Shown here piece by piece: positions 57,329 through 64,000 of a DNA stretch of 64,000 nucleotides. The stretch comes from Desulfosudis oleivorans (lineage in GTDB: Bacteria > Desulfobacterota > Desulfobacteria > Desulfobacterales > SURF-7). The notes below the pieces were generated by a model. The model was not told the DNA's origin. It ran no database searches and was given only the letters and a program-made list of their open reading frames with translations. The translations under genes were made by a program, and so were the position numbers. Where the stretch lies: the NCBI GenBank assembly GCA_020723325.1, contig DYJD01000024.1, forward strand, positions 12,906 to 76,905, given 5' to 3'. Numbering within the stretch: the first letter of the stretch is position 1; each line of letters starts with the position of its first letter.

Positions 57329-58591
57329 CTAGGCCTTTTTCTCCGCATACAGGGGGAAGGCTTCGCACAACTCGCGCACCGTGTCGCGGGTCTTGCGCAG
57401 GACACCCTCATCCTGGCGGTTTTTCAAAATCCTGACGATCAACTGGGCCACCTGTTTCATTTCCGCGGGCCCCATGCCACGGGAGGTGAGCACCGGTGAG
57501 CCCAGGCGGATGCCGCTGGTCACCATGGGGCTCTGGGAATCAAAAGGCACGGCGTTTTTATTCACCGTGATTCCGGCCTTGCCCAGGGCCGCTTCCGCAT
57601 CCTTGCCGGTGATCCGCAGGCGGGTCAAATCCGCCAACATCAAGTGGTTGTCGGTTCCGCCGGAGACCAGATCAACCCCTTCAGCCATAAGGGTTTCAGC
57701 CAGGATACGGGCGTTCTGCACCACATTGCGCTGATATTCGGTAAAATCCGGGCTCAGGGCTTCCTGAAACGCCACAGCCTTGGCGGCGATGACGTGCATC
57801 AGCGGGCCGCCCTGAATGCCGGGAAAGATCTGCTTGTTGAAGCGGGAACTGAAATCCGTTCCGGACAGGATCAAGCCGCCCCGCGGACCCCGCAAGGTCT
57901 TATGGGTGGTGGAGGTGACCACATCCGCATGTTCCATGGGAGAGGGATGAACCCCGGCCGCCACCAAACCGGCGATGTGGGCCATATCCACCATGAAATA
58001 GGCCCCGATAGATTTGGCGATTTCGGAAAAACGCTTGAAATCAAAAATGCGCGGATATGCACTGGCGCCGGCCACGATCATCTTGGGCCGGTGCTGCCGG
58101 GCCAGATCCGCCAGGGCGTCGTGGTCAATGGTGCCGGTGGCCCGGCCCACCCCGTAGTGCACAAAACGGAAGAGCTTGCCGGAAAAACTCACCGGGCTGC
58201 CGTGGGTCAAATGTCCGCCGTGGGCCAGGTCCATGCCCAATACCGTGTCCCCGGGCGCCAGCAGGGCAAAATAGACCGCCATGTTGGCCTGGGAACCGGA
58301 ATGGGGTTGCACATTGGCATATTCCGCTTTGAACAGGGCCTTGGCCCGCTGAATGGCCAGTTGTTCGGCCACATCCACGAATTCACATCCGCCGTAGTAG
58401 CGCTTGCCGGGATAGCCTTCGGCATATTTATTGGTCATGACGCTGCCCTGGGCCGCCATCACCGCCGGACTGGCGATATTTTCCGATGCGATCAATTCCA
58501 GATTGTATTTTTGTCGATCCAATTCCCGGGCCAGGGCCTCGGCAATCTCCGGGTCTGTCGAACGAATGACACTTAAATCCAAATACAACAT
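57329..58591 (-). CDS. glyA: Serine hydroxymethyltransferase
   Basis: [15 protein letters not shown]-Lys motif. Confidence 0.95.
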   Translation of the reverse strand: MLYLDLSVIRSTDPEIAEALARELDRQKYNLELIASENIASPAVMAAQGSVMTNKYAEGYPGKRYYGGCEFVDVAEQLAIQRAKALFKAEYANVQPHSGSQANMAVYFALLAPGDTVLGMDLAHGGHLTHGSPVSFSGKLFRFVHYGVGRATGTIDHDALADLARQHRPKMIVAGASAYPRIFDFKRFSEIAKSIGAYFMVDMAHIAGLVAAGVHPSPMEHADVVTSTTHKTLRGPRGGLILSGTDFSSRFNKQIFPGIQGGPLMHVIAAKAVAFQEALSPDFTEYQRNVVQNARILAETLMAEGVDLVSGGTDNHLMLADLTRLRITGKDAEAALGKAGITVNKNAVPFDSQSPMVTSGIRLGSPVLTSRGMGPAEMKQVAQLIVRILKNRQDEGVLRKTRDTVRELCEAFPLYAEKKA

Positions 58592-58607
58592 TCCTTTCTA
58601 TTATTTT

Positions 58608-59063
58608 CTAGACCGGCAAGATCCGGTCGAACTTGTCCAAACGCGCCTGGTGCCGGCCCCCTTCAAAAGCGGTTTCCAGAAAGGTCTTGACCAGTTCCAG
58701 GGCCAGGGCTTCGCCGATGACCCTGCCCCCCAGTACCAGAATATTGGCGTCGTTGTGCAGGCGGCTCATCCGGGCCGAGAAGATATCGGCGCAGAGGGCC
58801 GCGCGCACACCTGGAAAGCGGTTGGCCACCATGGACATCCCCAGCCCCGTGCCGCACAACAAGATCCCCCGTTGAAATTCGCCGCTGGATACGGCACCGG
58901 CCACCTGGATGCCGTAGTCCGGATAATCCACCGAAGCTGCACTGAAGGTACCCACATCCTTTACTTCAATGCCCATCTGACCGATATGTTTTTTCACCGC
59001 CTCTTTCAGCGGGAAGGCCGCATGATCACTGCCGATGATGACGGCAGCCGGTTTTGCGCTCAT
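58608..59063 (-). CDS. rpiB: Ribose-5-phosphate isomerase B
   Basis: IIGSDHAAFPLK and CGTGLGMSMVANR. Internal Met chosen. Confidence 0.9.
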   Translation of the reverse strand: MSAKPAAVIIGSDHAAFPLKEAVKKHIGQMGIEVKDVGTFSAASVDYPDYGIQVAGAVSSGEFQRGILLCGTGLGMSMVANRFPGVRAALCADIFSARMSRLHNDANILVLGGRVIGEALALELVKTFLETAFEGGRHQARLDKFDRILPV

Positions 59064-59104
59064 TCCAGTCCTTTCTTTGCGCTGTCGGGCCATGCGCGAC
59101 TTAT

Positions 59105-59169
59105 TCGCCGCTCCTTTTTATGGGAGCGGCTTCCAGTCGCGATATGGCCGTAATTCATGATCAATGCCC
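59105..59169 (+). repeat. REP-like element, copy C (core plus right arm; different left arm)
   Basis: tcgccgctcc-ttttta-tgggagcggcttccagtcgcgatatggccgtaattcatgatcaatgccc. Confidence 0.7.
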
Positions 59170-59342
59170 GCTGTTGGTAAAGGCCGCTTTGCGAGCAAGC
59201 CTTTATATACCGCCATAGGCCGTGAAACAGCCTGTGTTCAAAGCATATTTTCAGCCGACCAAGCAAATATCTCTTATAGATGCCTATCACAAAATGCGCA
59301 ATAATAAAATGAACCTTTTTTAATAGCCAATAATCAGCGGGG

Positions 59343-61004
59343 TCAACCCTGCAAGGTGCTTAAAAAAACAGATGTATAGCCCTGGGCAAGGGGATAGCGC
59401 CGGCCGTAGCCGAAGGCCTTGGAGGTTACCCGCAGACCGGGCGGGGCCTGATTCCGCTTGTACTCATTGCGGTCCACCCGGCTGATGACATCTTTGAGCA
59501 TTTCCCGGGAGAAACCTTGTTGCATAAGCTCGGCCAAGCACTTCCCCTCTTCGATATAGCCGGTCAGAAGCCGGTCCAGCACCTCATAGGGCGGCAGGTC
59601 ATCCTGATCCTTCTGATCTGGTTTGAGTTCGGCCGAAGGCGCCTTTTCAATGATCCGCAAGGGGATGATTTCCTGCTCTATGTTGATGTGACGGGAGATG
59701 GCCCAGACCATGGTTTTGGGTACATCCGAGATCACCGCCAGGCCGCCGTTCATATCCCCATAAAGGGTGCAGTAGCCCACGGCAAGTTCGGATTTGTTGC
59801 CGGTGGTCAACAACAGACTGTTGTGCTTATTGGAGAAGGCCATCAGAATGGTGCCGCGGATGCGGGCCTGGATGTTCTGCTCGGTGACACCCGGTGTCTG
59901 GTTTTCAAATTCTGGAGAGATATAGCGGAGATGCTGTTCAAAAACAGCGTCAATGGGGATGATGCGGTAGTCAACTGCCAGATTGCGGGCCAGGGCCGCT
60001 GTGTCCTCAAAATTGTCCTGGGAAGTATAGCGGGAAGGCATGAAAATAGTGGCTACATTCTCGTGGCCCAAGGCTTGGACAGCAATATAGGCGGTAAGGG
60101 CCGAATCAATGCCGCCGCTCAGCCCGATCACTGCTTTGGAAAAACCGCATTTGCGCACATAGTCCCGCGTGCCCATGATCAGCGCTTTTAAAATCGAGGC
60201 GGTTTCGTCTTCGGTTACGCTATGTTTATCTCCGGTGAGGGTTGCGGTATCAACACAGATCAGGTCCTCCTCAAAATCAGCGGCCTGGGCCGCGATGGCG
60301 CCGTCCGGCCCATACACGCAACTGGCGCCGTCGAACAATACACTGTCATTTCCGCCCACCTGATTGGCGTAAACAATGGGAACATGGTGTTTGCGGGCAA
60401 CGGCGCCCAGCATCTTTGTACGAAAGGCGTTTTTACCGGCGTGATAAGGCGATGCGGAAATATTGATGATCAGATCCGCCCCGGCCTGTACCAGTTCCGC
60501 CACCGGATCAGCCGCATAAAATCTTTTGGATGCAAGGTCTTTATCATTCCAGATATCTTCGCAAATGGTCAGGCCCAAGCGGCAGCCCTTATATTCAATC
60601 GGTTGACAGCCTTCGCCGGCCTCAAAATAGCGGCGCTCATCAAACACATCATAAACCGGCAGCAGGCGCTTGCGCACCCGCTGCAGTTCGCGGCCGTTTT
60701 CGAACAATGCGGCGGCATTAAAAAGCGGATTGCCGGTTTCGGCTGGATTGCGATCCACGAATCCCAGAACCACCCCAATGCCCTGAATGAGCTCCTGCAA
60801 TTGTCGCAGGCAGCGGAGGTTGCAATCGATAAAGTCATTCTTCTCCAGCAGGTCCCGGGGCGGATAGCCGGAAATCACCAGCTCCGTGAACACAATCAGA
60901 TCGCAGCCTTTTGTTTTTGCCCGCTCCACAAAGGCAACGATTTTTGCACAATTCCGGTGAAAATCACCGATGATGGGATTGATTTGGGCGATGGCTATTT
61001 TCAT
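59343..61004 (-). CDS. nadE: Glutamine-dependent NAD+ synthetase
   Basis: N-terminal CN-hydrolase domain plus the SGGIDS PP-loop. Confidence 0.93.
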   Translation of the reverse strand: MKIAIAQINPIIGDFHRNCAKIVAFVERAKTKGCDLIVFTELVISGYPPRDLLEKNDFIDCNLRCLRQLQELIQGIGVVLGFVDRNPAETGNPLFNAAALFENGRELQRVRKRLLPVYDVFDERRYFEAGEGCQPIEYKGCRLGLTICEDIWNDKDLASKRFYAADPVAELVQAGADLIINISASPYHAGKNAFRTKMLGAVARKHHVPIVYANQVGGNDSVLFDGASCVYGPDGAIAAQAADFEEDLICVDTATLTGDKHSVTEDETASILKALIMGTRDYVRKCGFSKAVIGLSGGIDSALTAYIAVQALGHENVATIFMPSRYTSQDNFEDTAALARNLAVDYRIIPIDAVFEQHLRYISPEFENQTPGVTEQNIQARIRGTILMAFSNKHNSLLLTTGNKSELAVGYCTLYGDMNGGLAVISDVPKTMVWAISRHINIEQEIIPLRIIEKAPSAELKPDQKDQDDLPPYEVLDRLLTGYIEEGKCLAELMQQGFSREMLKDVISRVDRNEYKRNQAPPGLRVTSKAFGYGRRYPLAQGYTSVFLSTLQG

Positions 61005-61212
61005 GATGATACCACATTTTTTATGGAACCGCCATTTTGGCTTGCATGCCGGTCCACAGTATTAATATATTTAAATTCAAATATTTATTGAAATTAAAAT
61101 ATACAAATACAGCCATCAAGTCAATTCCTTTCTGGCTGACAAAATAGTGGACCTTTGATTATTGCTTCGGCCATCTCCCATTATGGCTTCAATGGCTCAA
61201 ATTTTTAATCCA

Positions 61213-63987
61213 TCATAGACTGTCATTATGGTCCATCTGATGGATAAGTTTACGATAATCTTGCGTTGCACGGATGTTTTCCAGGTCTTTATCGGTTTTT
61301 ATCAGATCCCATTTGTCATATCCCTTGGCAATCGCCTTTTTGAGCCATTCCAAGGACTCTTGGGGCATATTTCGCTTTGAAAAAAGGCAGGCGACATTGT
61401 AGTAAAGATTGGCTTGTTGCGGTTTGATGGAAATCATTTTTTGATATATCGAGATGGCATCGGCATAATCGCCCTTTTCGATCGCCAGAAAAACAAGCTC
61501 GTTTAGGGGCAGTATGAATTCAGGGGCCATGGATGCGGATTTTTGAAACAATTCACCGGCCGCATCCATGCGGCCCTGTCGTTGGGATAGGATACCGGTT
61601 TGATAGTATAATGACGGATTATCCGGGTGCTGCAGCACTTCCTTGGCGAGCAGGTGGTATAAAATATCGGCATCTTGTGAAAGACAAAGCTTTTTTAAGG
61701 CATCATTTGATTTCGCATCCGCCGGTTTATACGTCAGGGCCTTTAAAAAAAAATGGGCCGCGCTATAGGGCAGTTTATTGTTGTTGCACACCCAACCCAT
61801 ATAATAAAAGTGTTCGGTCTTATCCGTAGCGGCTTCAGCCAATTGATTGAGACCGTCCAGATGAGCATGTATGCTATCTTGTCTGAATTGCGCGTCATGG
61901 ATAAAGGAAAAATCGTATATCGGTGTAATGGCGCAATAATTAGTTAGCAATTGATGATAGCGTTCCCGCTGACTATCCGTGGCCTGGGACAAATCCAGAC
62001 TGCCTGCTTCATGCTGTCTAAAGGCAAGGCGAAAAACCTCCCAATCGATTAAGTGATCCAGGTCGGTTCGGTTTTTTTCAATTACTGCGCCAATGGGTTC
62101 ACTCAACCATCGGGATGCCGCTATTTTTTGCATGATTTCCTTGGATGAAACCATGTAATGCATCAGTTTCGGAGCTTCATATTCCAGATAGGGATGGTTG
62201 TCCGTATTGATGGGACCAGGGCCAAAAAGAGCGCCGAGTTTTTCACTCACCACCAGGTTAAAGAAAAGCTCCGGATTCAGCAAGCTCATATTGGTGGATT
62301 TTTGTGCATATGGCAGATTCTTCCTGGCGGTTTCCAAATCTAAAGTAGAATCGTTTTGAAAGCCGATTAACAGGAAATCCGGACCACACAAAGGGTTTAG
62401 AGAATTGGCGCTGACCAGTAGACCATTGGGGAATACCGTAGAAAACGTACGACCCACCATGGAAAAAGTGGACCAGTTCATCTGATAGGAATGAATCCAC
62501 TGCACGAATATGCCACCCGCATTCAATCTGTCTTTGGCGAGATTCATGAATTCGGCGGTGAACAACGTGGCCAAGCCGGCCATCCAGGGGTTGGAAGGTT
62601 CCGAGATAATCACATCATATTTTCGATCGGTCAGCGTGAGATGGGCGCGGCCGTCCTGGATGATCAATTCGCTTCTATGATCAGTGCGCACCCCGTTGTT
62701 CCAGGGACGGAAAAAATCGCTGGCCGCCACTACTTGACGATTGATTTCCACTGTATCCAGGCGTTGGATAGGATAATGCAGTACTTCCCCGGCGGTGATC
62801 CCGCTGGCAAATCCAAGCACCAGCACTGTTTCCGGGTGGGGGTGAAACAACATGGGAAAGTGCGCCGTGATCGTTTGAATGGCCATATCCGCTTTTTGGC
62901 TGGAAGCATCGGCCTTGCCGCTGTTTAACAATGAATAGTGCACCTGACCAAAGACATCCGGCTTGGTCTTCAGGACGGATGTGAACCCGTCAATACCGTC
63001 GGCATAATAGGCCAATTCACTCTCATTGTCTTTTGCATAGATTTCCATGCCGTCGAACAAAGCCTTGGTCCAGCCTATCTTATGTTTCTTCAATTGTTCG
63101 AAGCGATGATATTTTCCCCTGGCCAGCATCAAGCGGTTCCAATGGGGATATTGGAGCAACGCAAAAAAAAGGATGGACCCGGCCAATGTCGCAACTGGAA
63201 CCAGGGCCAGACGTTTTTTCCCGGCCTTGATCAATAAAATCGTCCATATGATCAGGGTAGCGATGATCTGGAACCCGGTGATCAAGCGAATGCTCAATTC
63301 TTTTCCCGCAAGGGGAATAAACAGGAATCCGGCACAAAAGGATCCGAGTACTGCACCGATGGTATTCACGGAATAGGCATAGCCGATGGATCTGCCGGTC
63401 TTTTGCAGGGAGCGGGTGAAAATCTTCCCCACCAGGGGAAAAGTGGCTCCGAGACAAAAAGTCGGTAAAAACATAAAAACAAACAATACACTGGATTGAA
63501 CACAGATCAAGCGGGTGAAGTCATCCTGAAAATGCTGAATGAGCTTGGAGAAAAAGATTTGACCATCGCCGATAAGCTGACTGACCCAAAGGGCAAATAG
63601 TGCGGAAAGCAATTGGGTGGACAGCAGCAGGATCGTCGGGCGATTTACCCGATCCACCAGCCATCCGAAAAAAATACTACCCAGGGCCAGGCCGGTGATA
63701 AAGGTGACCAATACAATTGTAAAGGAATAGGTGGTCGGTCCGACCAAAAGGCCCAGCAGTTTCACCCAGATTACTTCGTAGGCCATGGCGCAAAATCCGG
63801 ATATGGCGAAGATGATCAAGGCATGCCAAACCGGTCCCCGACTTTGATTCATGACTTCTTTGATTTCGGGCGCAAGCGGTTTTTCACGATTTACCGTGCC
63901 GGTGGGTAGGAGGCGCCGGCTCCAACGACGAGCCGCAAGGAGGCATACAATACCGATGAGGATGTTGCCGACAACTGCTGAAAACAA
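61213..63987 (-). CDS. Fused polytopic membrane domain / spermidine-synthase-like methyltransferase-fold / TPR protein (reading frame stays open to the window edge)
   Basis: LGFASGITAGE...YDVIISEPSNPWMAG matches the spermidine-synthase fold. About 8 or more N-terminal TM helices. C-terminal TPR-like repeats. Confidence 0.8.
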   Translation of the reverse strand: MFSAVVGNILIGIVCLLAARRWSRRLLPTGTVNREKPLAPEIKEVMNQSRGPVWHALIIFAISGFCAMAYEVIWVKLLGLLVGPTTYSFTIVLVTFITGLALGSIFFGWLVDRVNRPTILLLSTQLLSALFALWVSQLIGDGQIFFSKLIQHFQDDFTRLICVQSSVLFVFMFLPTFCLGATFPLVGKIFTRSLQKTGRSIGYAYSVNTIGAVLGSFCAGFLFIPLAGKELSIRLITGFQIIATLIIWTILLIKAGKKRLALVPVATLAGSILFFALLQYPHWNRLMLARGKYHRFEQLKKHKIGWTKALFDGMEIYAKDNESELAYYADGIDGFTSVLKTKPDVFGQVHYSLLNSGKADASSQKADMAIQTITAHFPMLFHPHPETVLVLGFASGITAGEVLHYPIQRLDTVEINRQVVAASDFFRPWNNGVRTDHRSELIIQDGRAHLTLTDRKYDVIISEPSNPWMAGLATLFTAEFMNLAKDRLNAGGIFVQWIHSYQMNWSTFSMVGRTFSTVFPNGLLVSANSLNPLCGPDFLLIGFQNDSTLDLETARKNLPYAQKSTNMSLLNPELFFNLVVSEKLGALFGPGPINTDNHPYLEYEAPKLMHYMVSSKEIMQKIAASRWLSEPIGAVIEKNRTDLDHLIDWEVFRLAFRQHEAGSLDLSQATDSQRERYHQLLTNYCAITPIYDFSFIHDAQFRQDSIHAHLDGLNQLAEAATDKTEHFYYMGWVCNNNKLPYSAAHFFLKALTYKPADAKSNDALKKLCLSQDADILYHLLAKEVLQHPDNPSLYYQTGILSQRQGRMDAAGELFQKSASMAPEFILPLNELVFLAIEKGDYADAISIYQKMISIKPQQANLYYNVACLFSKRNMPQESLEWLKKAIAKGYDKWDLIKTDKDLENIRATQDYRKLIHQMDHNDSL

Positions 63988-64000
63988 TGCACCGGTTATG

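Noticed and set aside
1-64000. Scan for CRISPR arrays, tRNA, rRNA and tmRNA.
   Set aside because: No regularly spaced direct repeats were seen. No T-loop-like GGTTCGAATCC/GGTTCAAATCC motif was seen in a tRNA-sized context, and there are no rRNA-like stretches. This was an eye scan only, so tRNAscan, Infernal and a CRISPR finder should confirm it.

Overview
This 64-kb chromosomal segment looks like an anaerobic, sulfate-reducer-like deltaproteobacterium (Desulfobacterales-like). That assignment is inferred from gene content only, since the window has no marker gene. I found no rRNA, tRNA or CRISPR array.

Core blocks:
- 16.8-26.9 kb: a TetR-headed methylmalonyl-CoA/propionate module (mutase, MeaB, 12S carboxyltransferase, fused 5S-biotin carrier, sucCD), followed by hypA.
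- 39.6-47.1 kb: prkA, a yeaH-like gene, spoVR and a second divergent prkA-like gene, behind a sigma-54-type promoter.
- 49.9-61.0 kb: a minus-strand housekeeping run (MBL hydrolase, trpB2, nusB, ribH-ribBA-ribE-ribD, nrdR, dCMP deaminase, glyA, rpiB, nadE), then a fused membrane/spermidine-synthase/TPR protein.

Accessory parts are two visibly AT-richer islands:
- 12.3-16.8 kb: a CsaA fragment, an AEC transporter, orphan ORFs and vapBC.
- 26.9-34.5 kb: a truncated DUF4143 ATPase, a RAYT-like Y1 transposase, mazEF, a frameshifted alkB, a decayed DDE transposase, a PHP esterase and a solute-binding protein.

Most interesting:
1. A 1.7-12.3 kb locus combines PhaR/phasin-type granule proteins with a WS/DGAT acyltransferase, a ferredoxin, two tandem 685-aa reductases whose C-terminal halves resemble cyanobacterial acyl-ACP reductase, and a lipase-like hydrolase. 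No PHA synthase is present. It is a candidate undescribed neutral-lipid (wax-ester-type) storage system.
2. A family of about 73-bp nested-palindrome REP-like elements has four copies, all intergenic.

Many long ORFs in the supplied track are antisense shadows of real genes and are rejected.
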